From: Candidatus Avigastranaerophilus sp.
GTDB taxonomy: Bacteria > Muiribacteriota > Ozemobacteria > Ozemobacterales > Ozemobacteraceae
Direction: 5' to 3'
Length of the DNA: 52,257 bases
Assembly (NCBI GenBank): GCA_045639725.1
Contig: JAZUDR010000328.1
Location: forward strand, 1 to 52,257
Shown: one piece after another, positions 17,402 through 26,953 of the stretch
Layout of the letters: each line of letters starts with the position of its first letter
How positions within the stretch are numbered: position 1 is the stretch's first letter
The notes under the pieces: generated by a model
Told to the model about the DNA's origin: nothing
The model's input: the letters and a program-made list of their open reading frames with translations, nothing else
Databases searched by the model: none
Made by a program: the position numbers and the translations under genes

Positions 17402-17559
17402 TTTTAAGCTCCTGCCTTTGAAATTATTTAATGCTAGCAATTATATCAGAATTTGAGTGATTTTGCTTTCTCTATTGAGCTTCTTTTATTAAAAACTTGC
17501 ACTTTGATATAGATTATGTGATACTTGATACTACTTTATGTATAGGAATGCTACTTTAT

Positions 17560-18135
17560 ATGTTAGAAAATGTTCAAAAATTATTAGAGGCTGGCGGACC
17601 ATTAATGTATGTTCTTACACTAATTGGTCTTGTTGTGTTTTTTATTGGAATATACCAGCTTACTTGGCTTTTAGGCTTTAAACATAATCCCGAAACCTTT
17701 ACAACGCAAAGAGGGGTACATGTCTGGGCAAATAAAGCTTTGGAAATGGCTAAGACAAGGACTGGCCTGCAGGGACTTTCTTTGATGGATTCCTTGGAAA
17801 TCTGCTTTGCCCGCATGGAAGAAAGCTTATCTTGGCGAACTGTGGAGCTTCGTTTCTGTGCACAGGTTAGCACTCTGATTGGTTTCCTAGGTACAGTAAC
17901 CGGTATGGTTAAGGTGTTTGATACTGTTGCTAAGATTGGTAAAGCTACACCTGCCGACTTGGCCGGGGGAATTCATGAAGCGTTGTTTACCACTGTTTAC
18001 GGACTTATTATTGCCTTAATAGCGTGGTTCTTTGTACACGGTATTGAAATGTTTGTCAGGAAGCACATGAGAAATCTAGAGGTTTTGATTTTTTCTGAGC
18101 TTGATGCCAGTGAAAAAAGGCCAGAAAGCAAATAA
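17560..18135 (+). CDS. exbB: MotA/TolQ/ExbB-family proton channel
   Basis: Three TM helices and the blocks GFLGTVTGMVKVF and GIHEALFTTVYGLIIA. The start is uncertain (ATG 17548 or 17560; the track TTG at 17497 is unlikely). Confidence 0.75.
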   Translation: MLENVQKLLEAGGPLMYVLTLIGLVVFFIGIYQLTWLLGFKHNPETFTTQRGVHVWANKALEMAKTRTGLQGLSLMDSLEICFARMEESLSWRTVELRFCAQVSTLIGFLGTVTGMVKVFDTVAKIGKATPADLAGGIHEALFTTVYGLIIALIAWFFVHGIEMFVRKHMRNLEVLIFSELDASEKRPESK

Positions 18136-18137
18136 AA

Positions 18138-18560
18138 ATGAGCTTTAGACGAAAAAAAGAAAAAGAACAGTTCGCTTTGGATATGACAACTTGTTCTGAT
18201 ATTATATTCACTTTACTTCTGTTTTATATCCTTACTCAGAATTTTCTTCCGCAGACTACTTTGGAGTTGCCGGAGACTGTATCATCCGAGCAGACTGAGG
18301 CCCAGGAACAGATTAAGGTAGAAATAACAGAATCCGGTGATATTATCTGGAATGATGTGTCATATTCTGAAGAAAAGCTTGTAGAACAGATTTTACAAGC
18401 TTCTAATAATCAGGAAAAATCAGCTATCATGATTTTTGCCCAAAAAAAATCACCTGCCGGTGTATGTATTGAACTACTAGACAAGCTTAGAAATTCTGGC
18501 ATAAAGAATGTTGTCTTTGCAGGGCAGGCCCCAAAACCTAGAGAAAATATTGCTAAATAG
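18138..18560 (+). CDS. exbD: ExbD/TolR-family biopolymer transport protein
   Basis: 140 aa. N-terminal LDMTTCSDIIFTLLLFYIL helix with the conserved Asp. Lies 2 nt after exbB. Confidence 0.75.
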   Translation: MSFRRKKEKEQFALDMTTCSDIIFTLLLFYILTQNFLPQTTLELPETVSSEQTEAQEQIKVEITESGDIIWNDVSYSEEKLVEQILQASNNQEKSAIMIFAQKKSPAGVCIELLDKLRNSGIKNVVFAGQAPKPRENIAK

Positions 18561-18581
18561 TTATATTACCCTTGGAAAGCT

Positions 18582-19388
18582 ATGAAAATGTTGGGCTGTA
18601 TACAGAAAACGGAATCGGTAAGGTTTATAGCAACTCTGTTGCTGAGCGTTTCTGCACAATTTATAATATGTACACTCTTGTGGAACTTTTGTTGCAGCAA
18701 TGCCTCTTTGCCTGACAGAAAGCTGAACGTTCAGTTGATTATACCCTTTGAAGCTCCAGAAGAAATTCCTATACAGAAAAGCTTGCTGAAACATGATGAA
18801 GAAAAAATCGAAATGATTCAGAAGCTTCATGAATTTGAACAGATAATTCCTGAAAATCCCTTTGAACAGCCAATGAAGCTTGATAAACCTGTCATAATCG
18901 AAAAAACGAAACCTGAAGTTAAGAAAAAACAGGCTTTAAAGCAGGAGCCTGTCAAGCAGGTTGAGAAGTTGCCAGAAACTAAACCGATAAATCCTGTGCC
19001 TGAAAAGCCTAAGGATATTCAGACTTCTTTGCCCGAACCTACTAAGGCTGTGCAGGAAACAAAGGCGCCAGCGGTTACGAAACCTGTTCTAACGAAGGCT
19101 CAGCAAAATGAAAATACAAAATATCTGGCAAAGGTAATGCAGATTCTTGAAAAGAATAAAAGGTATTCTGAAGCAGCTAGAAAAAGGAATCTTGAGGGAA
19201 AAATAATTGTTGCCTTTGCAATAACCAGTGATGGAAAAACAGAGAAGGTAAAAGCTAAGACTACTAGTCCAAGAGAATTAGCTGATGCTGCTGAACAATT
19301 AATCAAGAGCGCAAAGCTTCCTGCACCGCCTTCAAGCTGGCCAGCCGGCTCTTTGGTTGAAATTCCAATAAATTATAAAATTAAATAA
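18582..19388 (+). CDS. tonB: TonB-family energy transducer
   Basis: N-terminal TM, a Pro/Lys/Glu-rich spacer (KPEVKKKQALKQEPVKQVEKLPETKPINPVPEKPKD) and a C-terminal TonB_C-like block (RKRNLEGKIIVAFAITSDGK ... AKLPAPP). Confidence 0.7.
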   Translation: MKMLGCIQKTESVRFIATLLLSVSAQFIICTLLWNFCCSNASLPDRKLNVQLIIPFEAPEEIPIQKSLLKHDEEKIEMIQKLHEFEQIIPENPFEQPMKLDKPVIIEKTKPEVKKKQALKQEPVKQVEKLPETKPINPVPEKPKDIQTSLPEPTKAVQETKAPAVTKPVLTKAQQNENTKYLAKVMQILEKNKRYSEAARKRNLEGKIIVAFAITSDGKTEKVKAKTTSPRELADAAEQLIKSAKLPAPPSSWPAGSLVEIPINYKIK

Positions 19389-19463
19389 AAATTTTTTTGA
19401 ACAGATTTTTTCTTAGCTATTTATACCCTATAGAAAAACAAAATGTTTTCTAGGAGGGTAACA

Positions 19464-19931
19464 ATGGAAAATACAATATCTGATGCAATCATCGTAAGCC
19501 AAAATAAAGCTGCTAAGCGCTTCCCGGCCTGTTTGCTTGATGCAGATAATTACACTGCCGGTAAAGCAATTGTAGCTGTTATGTTCCTTTTCTCATGCAT
19601 GTATTTCCTTTCCGGACTTTACCATTTCATTTGCTGGGAAAGCGGATGGTTCCTGCTCGAATTACTTACCAAGCCTTTCTATCTGTTGTATCATATTGGG
19701 GTTTTCACAATAATGTATTCTATTACATGGGCAACCTTTGATATTGAAACCTTCAAGGCCTGTGCTAAGAAATTTTTTGGGGTTGTTGCTGCAATAGTTT
19801 ATGTTTGCTTGCCAGCAGACCTTGTTCCTGATTTCCTTCCTTTTGTAGGCCAGATTGACGACATGATTGCTGTAGCTTTCGGTATCTACAGCGCAGTGAC
19901 AATGGGAAAAATTAAAAAGCCCAATGAATGA
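19464..19931 (+). CDS. DUF1232 (YkvA-like) membrane protein, 155 aa
   Basis: LPADLVPDFLPFVGQIDDMIAVAFGIY is the DUF1232 signature. GGAGG lies 6 nt upstream of ATG 19464, so the track start 19443 is rejected. Confidence 0.7.
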   Translation: MENTISDAIIVSQNKAAKRFPACLLDADNYTAGKAIVAVMFLFSCMYFLSGLYHFICWESGWFLLELLTKPFYLLYHIGVFTIMYSITWATFDIETFKACAKKFFGVVAAIVYVCLPADLVPDFLPFVGQIDDMIAVAFGIYSAVTMGKIKKPNE

Positions 19932-19940
19932 GATTGCGGG

Positions 19941-21491
19941 TTAGCCAAACAGCTTGTAATAATTTCTTATCTTATTCAGCAGCGGTTCCGGCGGTGATAA
20001 TTTCTGTCTGGGCTTGCCGCTGCTTGTATCTATTATTAAGCTTTCCCGCACTGAAAGATTCTGGAAAGGACTTTTTTCTTCAGAGAAAAGACTATTTCCG
20101 AGAAAGTAGTTTTTATGGTTTTCTATTCCAAGTATATTTAATATTGTTGGGGTTAGTGCCAGCGAATTTCTGTTCTTTGCATCGAAATGCTGCGGGATTA
20201 TTCCGTTCTTGTAAATAAGCAGCGGAACAGTATCCACGAATGAACCATGCTCGCTGCCAAAAGCCTTGTTGAAGTCTGGGGTTGGGTAGGTTGAGTGATC
20301 CGCAGTGAATATCAAAAGTGTATTGTCAAAATAATTTCTGGCTTTCATCTTCTTTATGAATTCACCAAACCAATGATCTTGATTGTAGAATTTATTTAAG
20401 CAGGCATCTTTTCCGTCCTTGTATTTTTCATGGGGACTATCAAGATAAACGTGTGTTCCTTGTATATAGGTGCAGATTAAAAATCTTTCATTAGCTTTTT
20501 CATATTTGTCAGCAGCTTTGAATAAAGCTTCATAAGTATCGCGGTCAGACTGTATTTCGGTAAGCTTTTCATCGATAATTACTTTCTGGAAGCTGAGCTT
20601 GGTAATCATTGAATTGAAGGCGTCATCTTTCAAATCAGGAGATACAAAGCAGGTTTTATAACCTTCCTTTTCTAATATCGTTTGCAGCATTGGTATTGAA
20701 CTTAACTTAGGGTTCATGGCAATTCTATCGCCAATGTATATACCATTCTGTTGGTAGCCTGAAATCAGCTGGCCTCGAACGCCGCGGTAGGTTGGGGCAG
20801 TGTGGCAGAAGTAATTATCAACGCAGAAGCTGTTTCCTAAGAGTTCATAGGTATTAGGTGTTATGTCCGGTCTTATAACTCTTCTGCTTGTTCCTTCAGC
20901 AAAAATCAGGATAACATTGAAGCCTTTGGAATCAATCGGGCATTTGCCTGTAGAAATCCTATCTCTTTCAAATTCCTTGGCCATTTCAATATCGAAGAAG
21001 GTTTTGGAACTTAAAATAGTGTGTATTTCAATAATAGGCTCTCTAAGACTACTTATTGAAGGCAATAAAATTGATATCAGAACTATAAAAGCAGCGATAA
21101 AGCTGTTCCTGGTGCTTTTCTTTATAAAAGGGAAAAGAATGTTTGGTATCCAGAGAAAAAAGCAGAATATCAAACCTAATATTGCTTTTATGACAGAACT
21201 GGTCTCTATTTCGTTGTAGCTTGGAAGGTTAAATAGAGTTTCGGTGACTATGTAATCCGCGGTAAACATGTAGTTTACTAGCTGAAGAATAAAAATGCTA
21301 AGTATAATAAGGTTTAACGCCCTTATTAGATGGTTCTGATAAAGGAATGCAAGATTGATACATACAAGACTGGCTGTGAAGGATATAAAGAAACTAAGAT
21401 TGAAACCATCATTGACAAAATAGATCATTGCTGTAATTGCAGTAATTTGTATCAATGATGATATTAGTATTGCTTGACGTTTTTTTTGCAT
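19941..21491 (-). CDS. LTA-synthase/sulfatase-family (alkaline-phosphatase superfamily) membrane transferase
   Basis: Five N-terminal TM helices, then a soluble domain with NVILIFAEGTS ... TADHSTYP ... VPLLIY blocks typical of LtaS/OpgB/MdoB-like enzymes. Confidence 0.65.
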   Translation of the reverse strand: MQKKRQAILISSLIQITAITAMIYFVNDGFNLSFFISFTASLVCINLAFLYQNHLIRALNLIILSIFILQLVNYMFTADYIVTETLFNLPSYNEIETSSVIKAILGLIFCFFLWIPNILFPFIKKSTRNSFIAAFIVLISILLPSISSLREPIIEIHTILSSKTFFDIEMAKEFERDRISTGKCPIDSKGFNVILIFAEGTSRRVIRPDITPNTYELLGNSFCVDNYFCHTAPTYRGVRGQLISGYQQNGIYIGDRIAMNPKLSSIPMLQTILEKEGYKTCFVSPDLKDDAFNSMITKLSFQKVIIDEKLTEIQSDRDTYEALFKAADKYEKANERFLICTYIQGTHVYLDSPHEKYKDGKDACLNKFYNQDHWFGEFIKKMKARNYFDNTLLIFTADHSTYPTPDFNKAFGSEHGSFVDTVPLLIYKNGIIPQHFDAKNRNSLALTPTILNILGIENHKNYFLGNSLFSEEKSPFQNLSVRESLIIDTSSGKPRQKLSPPEPLLNKIRNYYKLFG

Positions 21492-21548
21492 GACTTAATG
21501 ATACAACAATGTTATACAATTATAAACGAAAATCAGTCTGCAACTTTA

Positions 21549-21557
21549 TGGTATAAT
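21549..21557 (+). promoter_or_regulatory. Extended -10 promoter (TGGTATAAT) exactly 6 nt upstream of ATG 21564: leaderless candidate
   Basis: TGG+TATAAT at 21549..21557, ACAATT, then ATG. Confidence 0.5.
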
Positions 21558-21563
21558 ACAATT

Positions 21564-22049
21564 ATGCAATTAGCTTACTATCTATTAAAACTTATATCTA
21601 TAATAGTTTTTGATGTTGTGGGAATAATAGGAGCGGTGGTTCCTGCTATTCCGGGGCCGCCTCTATGTCTGATAGGTCTGGTTATTGCATTCTTTGGCTT
21701 TCCCAATGCTGTATCAGTGACTTTTCTGATAGTCTCTATTGTTCTTTCTTTAATAGCTGCCGGCTTAGATTATTTGGCTCCAGCTTTGGCAACAAAATTC
21801 GGTGGTGGCTCTAAGTGGGCTGTATGGGGTTCAACAATAGGACTGATTATAGGCTTTTTCCTGCCACCCTTTGGTATAATATGGATTCCTTTGGTTTGCG
21901 CTTTTATAGGTGAACTTATTGCTAATTTCAAAGTTGGCAAAGCTTTTAAGGTTGCCTTTTTATCATTCTTGTCTTTTGTTGTAACAATTGGTTTCAAACT
22001 GCTAACCTGCGCAATTATTACCATTGGCTCTATAAAAGCGGCTTTCTAA
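21564..22049 (+). CDS. DUF456-family membrane protein, 161 aa
   Basis: Four hydrophobic helices with FGGGSKWAVWGSTIGLIIGFF and IPLVCAFIGELI blocks. The start is set by the promoter geometry, because the track start 21474 overlaps the divergent gene. Confidence 0.6.
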   Translation: MQLAYYLLKLISIIVFDVVGIIGAVVPAIPGPPLCLIGLVIAFFGFPNAVSVTFLIVSIVLSLIAAGLDYLAPALATKFGGGSKWAVWGSTIGLIIGFFLPPFGIIWIPLVCAFIGELIANFKVGKAFKVAFLSFLSFVVTIGFKLLTCAIITIGSIKAAF

Positions 22050-22086
22050 GCATATTTTATGTTTGTTTGAAAAAAAATCAGAGTTG

Positions 22087-22095
22087 TGATATAGT
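22087..22095 (+). promoter_or_regulatory. Extended -10 promoter candidate (TGATATAGT)
   Basis: TGn+TATAGT lies 43 nt upstream of ATG 22138. Confidence 0.35.
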
Positions 22096-22137
22096 AGCGC
22101 GGTAAGAAAATTTTGTTTTGTTGTCGATAGGTTTTAT

Positions 22138-22473
22138 ATGACGAATCAAACTTATTGGACAAAAAAACAAAGTCAGGAGCTTTTCGAACAGGCTCTGCGG
22201 CTCGAATCTGAAGGAAAAACAGAGGAAGCTGCTGCTGCCTATCGTAAGTCGTTGAACATTTGTCCGAAGAATGCTCAGGCTCTTTATAACCTAGGTATAG
22301 CTTATGCCACACTAGGCAAGATAGACCAGGCTATAAGTAGTTGGCGTAAAGCAATATGGCTCGAGCCTAATTTCAGGAACGAACTCGTAAGAGCTTTTGC
22401 AGTTGATGACGACAGGTCAGAAACAATAATCGGCGATGAATTTGATGGCTACGTATTGGAACAGGCTGCCTGA
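22138..22473 (+). CDS. Small TPR-repeat protein (111 aa)
   Basis: Two to three TPR units (AAAAYRKSLNICPKNAQALYNLGIAYATLGKIDQAISSWRKAIWLEPN). Confidence 0.7.
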   Translation: MTNQTYWTKKQSQELFEQALRLESEGKTEEAAAAYRKSLNICPKNAQALYNLGIAYATLGKIDQAISSWRKAIWLEPNFRNELVRAFAVDDDRSETIIGDEFDGYVLEQAA

Positions 22474-22500
22474 CAAAAGCATTATAAGGAGTAAATAGTC

Positions 22501-22626
22501 ATGGCATATTGCTGGGAAGTTTATCAGAATTCTAAATGTGAAAATTGCAAACATTACATTGCTTATCAGAACGGCACTTTAAAGCTCGAAGAAGTTAAAG
22601 ACGTAGTAGTCGTAGACGAAGACTAA
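22501..22626 (+). CDS. Small Cys-containing protein (41 aa), unannotated in the ORF track
   Basis: Translated by hand: MAYCWEVYQNSKCENCKHYIAYQNGTLKLEEVKDVVVVDED. AAGGAG lies 9 nt upstream of ATG 22501, and a strong terminator follows. Confidence 0.45.
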   Translation: MAYCWEVYQNSKCENCKHYIAYQNGTLKLEEVKDVVVVDED

Positions 22627-22646
22627 TCATTTTATTAATAAAAAAA

Positions 22647-22674
22647 CGCTGACGCAAAGTCAGCGTTTTTTTTT
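22647..22674 (+). terminator. Rho-independent terminator
   Basis: Stem CGCTGAC (22647..22653) pairs with GTCAGCG (22659..22665), followed by T9. Confidence 0.85.
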
Positions 22675-22715
22675 ATGCATTATAAGTTTTGTAGGGTTGA
22701 TTTTTTCAAAGAATA

Positions 22716-22724
22716 TGGTAGATT
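22716..22724 (+). promoter_or_regulatory. Extended -10 promoter (TGGTAGATT) exactly 6 nt upstream of ATG 22731: leaderless candidate
   Basis: TGG+TAGATT, AAATGT, then ATG. Confidence 0.45.
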
Positions 22725-22730
22725 AAATGT

Positions 22731-24593
22731 ATGGATGATCTTAAGGTTCCCGTAACAATATTATTACTTATTCTTGCTGGTGCAGGCTATTTTTTCTATA
22801 ACAAAAAGAACAACCCTACACCTAAGTTTAAGCCTACCAAAAATATTGTAGAAACTGTTCCTGAAAAATCAGAAGCAGACATAAAAGCAGAAAAGGTAGA
22901 AGCATTAGCTGCTTTAAAGAAACAGTCATCTGATGTTTTTAAATCAGGAGATTATACAGAAACCTTAAAGCTTATTGCTGGCAAAGAAGATAGCAATGAT
23001 TATCAAATACAGAAAATGTTTGGCTATAGCTATGCAGCAGCAAAGGAATATGACAAAGCTATCGTAGCATTTGAAAAGGCTTTGAAGATATCAAAGATTC
23101 CTTCAGAGGGTTATTCCTTGGCTTATTTGTATGAAATCACAGGAAGATATGGGGCAGCGGCAGGATTATATGAAGAGCTGGCGTCTGCTGATTTGCCATC
23201 AAATCTCAGGCGTTCTGTTTTTGAAGGTATAGCCAGAATTTCAGCTCATTATCCAGAAAACAAGAACCTGTATAAATACACTCAGGAGTTGCTTGAAGAC
23301 TGGCCCGATTCAAAGGACGGAGTCATTGCTCTTGCAAAGCTCATAAAAGAAAGAAAAGATTTTTCAGGAATAGATAAATTTGTCAACAAGACTTCAAAAA
23401 CCTTCAGTAATGATTATGAATATAATTATGCTGTAGCACAGCTTTATGATGCTGCTGAAAATTACAAAGATGCTGTTACATATTACAAAAAATGTATAAA
23501 GCTGCAGCCGAGAGTGTATACTCCATTTATGGATTGCTACAATGCTCTTACTAAGGCTGGTAAGCCAGAAGCAGCAATCAAGGCATTGGAATATTTCCTG
23601 GAAAGCGGTCAGTCATATCCGACAACATATTTTAAGGCTGCTTTGGAAGCAAAGAGATTGAAACGCTATAAAACAGCCTTCAGATTTTATTTGAATGCAG
23701 TCTGCAACGATGTCAGACTGCAGGGAAAAGACGATGAAGGCTTGATGAGTGAAGCAGAAAAAGAGTATAAAGAACGTGGTACTGAATTAGACAAAACCTT
23801 TATAAATGCTTTTATTTGTTATATTAACGGTGATTGTCAGTATGCTGATTCAGAATTACAGCGAATCAAATCTGAAATAGAAAATTCTGTGTATAAAGAA
23901 GATTATGCTCTTGTTGTCAGAGAATGCAACAAGCTTCTTGCTAAGGATAAAAAGCGCGATGACGAAATCAAGGCTTATGAAGACCGCCTGAGAGCTGAAG
24001 AAGAGGCTAAATTGGCTAAAGAAAGAGCTGCTAAGGCGCAGGCAGCAAAGAATAATCAGGCTAATGTAACATCTGGCGGTTCCCAGTTGTCCGATAACGA
24101 ATTGAAGATAAAGGCCCTTAAGGCTCCAAGCGATTATAATATTCAGCTTCAGACTGCTATGGATTTTTATGCACGCGGTAATCTGAAGGAAGCAAAGACG
24201 TTTTTCAAGAATGCTATGATGCTTAATTCAAAATCAGCTATTCCATATGTAGAAATGGCTAGAATCAACTCCATGGAAAATGATTATGAATCAGCAGAAA
24301 ACAATATTGAAAAGGGTGTTAAACGTGACCCGAGCAACCCGGTAGCCTTAATTATGGCAGCCAATATTTTTATGAAGCAGAATAAGCTTCCTAAGGCTAA
24401 GGAATATGCTGAACAGGCAATGCAGGCCAACCCACTTGATTCTCAGGGGTTAATCATGCTTGCAAAGATAAATATACAGGAAAACAATGCTGCTAAGGCA
24501 AAAGAACTTGTAGATCAGGGACTTGCTACAGAAAAGAATAATGTACGCAGGGCCGAACTTCTAAGCTTGAAAAGACAGTTAGAAGGCAGATGA
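22731..24593 (+). CDS. Membrane-anchored TPR-repeat protein with central coiled coil (620 aa)
   Basis: N-terminal helix VTILLLILAGAGYFFY. Multiple TPR units on both sides of a Lys/Glu/Ala-rich coiled coil (DEIKAYEDRLRAEEEAKLAKERAAKAQAAK). Confidence 0.75.
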   Translation: MDDLKVPVTILLLILAGAGYFFYNKKNNPTPKFKPTKNIVETVPEKSEADIKAEKVEALAALKKQSSDVFKSGDYTETLKLIAGKEDSNDYQIQKMFGYSYAAAKEYDKAIVAFEKALKISKIPSEGYSLAYLYEITGRYGAAAGLYEELASADLPSNLRRSVFEGIARISAHYPENKNLYKYTQELLEDWPDSKDGVIALAKLIKERKDFSGIDKFVNKTSKTFSNDYEYNYAVAQLYDAAENYKDAVTYYKKCIKLQPRVYTPFMDCYNALTKAGKPEAAIKALEYFLESGQSYPTTYFKAALEAKRLKRYKTAFRFYLNAVCNDVRLQGKDDEGLMSEAEKEYKERGTELDKTFINAFICYINGDCQYADSELQRIKSEIENSVYKEDYALVVRECNKLLAKDKKRDDEIKAYEDRLRAEEEAKLAKERAAKAQAAKNNQANVTSGGSQLSDNELKIKALKAPSDYNIQLQTAMDFYARGNLKEAKTFFKNAMMLNSKSAIPYVEMARINSMENDYESAENNIEKGVKRDPSNPVALIMAANIFMKQNKLPKAKEYAEQAMQANPLDSQGLIMLAKINIQENNAAKAKELVDQGLATEKNNVRRAELLSLKRQLEGR

Positions 24594-24649
24594 TTTAAAG
24601 TAAATTTTTATTATTTTATTTTATAAAAGCCACAAATTCTCTTTTATTA

Positions 24650-24658
24650 TGTTATAAT
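24650..24658 (+). promoter_or_regulatory. Extended -10 promoter candidate (TGTTATAAT)
   Basis: TGn+TATAAT lies 44 nt upstream of ATG 24702, which has an AAGGAG Shine-Dalgarno sequence. Confidence 0.45.
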
Positions 24659-24701
24659 TAAAATATATGTTTTACTATGTACACAATAAAGGAGTGTAAT
24701 C

Positions 24702-25856
24702 ATGAATAAAAAGCTTTTGATAGCACTTTGTGCTTTTGCTTTGATTAATACTTGTAATTATGCGCAGGATACAACAATAACTTCTGAAATGTCCTTAGAA
24801 GTCGAAGGCGCTGAAGCAGATGGATTCCGTGGCTCAAGTGCTAGCAGCGGTGACAAAAATTTCTTGGAAGACTGCGAATACAAACTTGATGAAAACTCCT
24901 TGATTTATAAAGATGCCGGTCAGGCTGTAGGTGGTGGAAATGTGGCTGTAGGTGCACCAAACATCACTTGGTCTGTTACAAAGAATGCTGAAAATGATAA
25001 CGAAGATGATGAAGTAATTAGCTCTGCAAACACAAATAGCCAGACTAATTGCAGTAACTTCACTGATCCAGGTACTTATCAGGTACATAACTCTGGCGCT
25101 CGTCAGATTTCTGACGCAACTGGAGCAGGCGAAGGCGGTCTTGCTACTGCCAATCAGTCTATGGGTGTAGTAGTTCATGATGTTACTCCACCAGATGTTT
25201 GTATTGCTTTCCAGGAAGTAGCTGGTGATTCTAAGAATTGTAAATGCGAAGAAGAACTTGAAAAACAGATTCTTACGAAGATGGTTTCAAGTGCTGGTGC
25301 TCCATTTGTAACAAGCGTTGCCGATGTTGCTGACGAACCAACAAGTTATATTTTTGTTGATGAAGGAAGCAGCAGAAATCAGGCTCCTGCAAATAAGTCA
25401 GTAAGAATTACTCTTGCTGGTTCAATGTTTGATAAAGACGGTGCTGCAACTTTAAATAGCGCTGTTGCTCCAACTTCTACACTTAATGGCGGAGACAAGA
25501 CTCGTTTGGCTTCTGTTTCATCAGATGAATCCAGTGCTTTCTCTGGTATTTATGTAAGACGTAATATACCTTTCTTTGTTCTTGTAAGAAGCATTGATAA
25601 TGGCGATAAACGCAAGACTGTCGGTTCTACCGCTGCTGATGGTGTTTCCTATACTCTTAAGGATTCTACTGGTAAAGAAGTTGCAAAGGAAGAAGACGGT
25701 TCTTACATGTTCAGAGTTCAGAACTATCCTCGTGATAAGTATGCTGACCAGCCAGGCTACGTTTTTGAAGCCTCGGTAAAAGATGGCTCTGGCAATATGA
25801 CTACTGTTAAATCTGATGTTTTCGTAGTAAATAACGAAGCTTCCTTTGAAAATTGA
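24702..25856 (+). CDS. Secreted protein with Ig-like (HYR/DUF5011-like) signature, paralogue 1
   Basis: Signal peptide MNKKLLIALCAFALINTCNYAQD. Domain boundary motif VHDVTPPDVCI and C-terminal EASVKDGSGNMTTVKSDVFVV (A-x-D-x-x-GN ... F-V-V). Confidence 0.6.
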   Translation: MNKKLLIALCAFALINTCNYAQDTTITSEMSLEVEGAEADGFRGSSASSGDKNFLEDCEYKLDENSLIYKDAGQAVGGGNVAVGAPNITWSVTKNAENDNEDDEVISSANTNSQTNCSNFTDPGTYQVHNSGARQISDATGAGEGGLATANQSMGVVVHDVTPPDVCIAFQEVAGDSKNCKCEEELEKQILTKMVSSAGAPFVTSVADVADEPTSYIFVDEGSSRNQAPANKSVRITLAGSMFDKDGAATLNSAVAPTSTLNGGDKTRLASVSSDESSAFSGIYVRRNIPFFVLVRSIDNGDKRKTVGSTAADGVSYTLKDSTGKEVAKEEDGSYMFRVQNYPRDKYADQPGYVFEASVKDGSGNMTTVKSDVFVVNNEASFEN

Positions 25857-25879
25857 TTCCTAGAGGGCAATTGAGAAAT

Positions 25880-26887
25880 ATGAAGAGTAAGCTTTTGTTG
25901 GCTATTGCCTTAGGGTTCGCTTTTAATTGTACTGTTTTCGCTGAAGGCGAAGCTACACCTTGGTCTGGTGGAGCGGAAAGACTTCCCTATGGACCTTCTA
26001 TTCCAGCTCCATTGTATGATTTGACTATATCTGGCGAAGACGGTGGTCCTATTCCCGCAGAAGTAACTGAAGATGTTCCTATGGTTGTTACTGCTAATTC
26101 TGATATCTTCTATGAAACTCCTCCTGAAAAATCCTCAGATGGAAAAGAATTTTCTCAGGCTAGATGGGTCAGAAATAAAGCAAGCGCAATCTGGATTGTA
26201 GTAGATTGGGAGAATAATAAGAGCTACAATGCCATAAAGCCAGAAAATTTCGAACAGGAATTAGCTGCCAATCAGCAGGCTATAGTTCCTATGAATCCTA
26301 CGGAAAAAGGCTCTTTGAACTGCCACGTATCAAGAAAAATGTCATATGTTGATTCTGAAAGTGGCGAAGAAAGAACAGTTTACGCTAACTCCAGCACAGC
26401 TGTTGCTTTTAAAGTAAAAGACATAACACCGCCAACCTGCGGCTTACAGATTTCTGTTGAAGATGGTTATTCTGGAACCTGCTATCCTGTGGAAAATCCA
26501 CCAAACCATTATCCTTTGCCCAAGACTGCTGATGTTATATTCAGTGGTTCTTTGTTTGGGGCTACAGACGAAGATAGGTTGGTTCAGGGCTATGAACTTG
26601 GTGCTAATATGATTGTATCCAATGAAGATGGTTCTGTTACTCTTCCTAAGAATGCTGTAGTAACATTGAAGGTTGTTGGTGATGATAACTTCAAGCTTAA
26701 CCCCGATAAGGTTAAATTTGGTGTTTGCGCCGGAGCTGGCGGAGAACCTACACCGGTTTCTCCAATAAACGAAGAAAAGATAGACTTCTCAACATTTGTA
26801 GTTCCGCAGAATCCATATTTCTATCTTGACGCAACGGATATGGCAGGAAATCGAGAAGTCCTTTTTATACCAATAAGTATTCAGTAA
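25880..26887 (+). CDS. Secreted protein with Ig-like (HYR/DUF5011-like) signature, paralogue 2 (335 aa)
   Basis: Signal peptide MKSKLLLAIALGFAFNCTVFAEG. VKDITPPTCGL and C-terminal DATDMAGNREVLFIPISI mirror paralogue 1. Start at ATG 25880, with AGAGGG upstream. Confidence 0.6.
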   Translation: MKSKLLLAIALGFAFNCTVFAEGEATPWSGGAERLPYGPSIPAPLYDLTISGEDGGPIPAEVTEDVPMVVTANSDIFYETPPEKSSDGKEFSQARWVRNKASAIWIVVDWENNKSYNAIKPENFEQELAANQQAIVPMNPTEKGSLNCHVSRKMSYVDSESGEERTVYANSSTAVAFKVKDITPPTCGLQISVEDGYSGTCYPVENPPNHYPLPKTADVIFSGSLFGATDEDRLVQGYELGANMIVSNEDGSVTLPKNAVVTLKVVGDDNFKLNPDKVKFGVCAGAGGEPTPVSPINEEKIDFSTFVVPQNPYFYLDATDMAGNREVLFIPISIQ

Positions 26888-26899
26888 TTTGTTTAAAAA

Positions 26900-26927
26900 C
26901 ACCTCTATAATAAAGAGGTGTTTTTTT
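26900..26927 (+). terminator. Rho-independent terminator
   Basis: Stem CACCTCT (26900..26906) pairs with AGAGGTG (26914..26920), followed by T7. Confidence 0.85.
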
Positions 26928-26938
26928 ATTGCTTATTG

Positions 26939-26947
26939 TGGTATTCT
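26939..26947 (+). promoter_or_regulatory. Extended -10 promoter (TGGTATTCT) exactly 6 nt upstream of ATG 26954: leaderless candidate
   Basis: TGG+TATTCT, ATTTGT, then ATG. Confidence 0.45.
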
Positions 26948-26953
26948 ATTTGT

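Noticed and set aside
19928-21219. Plus-strand ORFs at 19928..20218 and 20863..21219.
   Set aside because: Both lie entirely antisense within the 516-aa LTA-synthase-family gene. They have low-complexity hydrophobic translations and no start signals.
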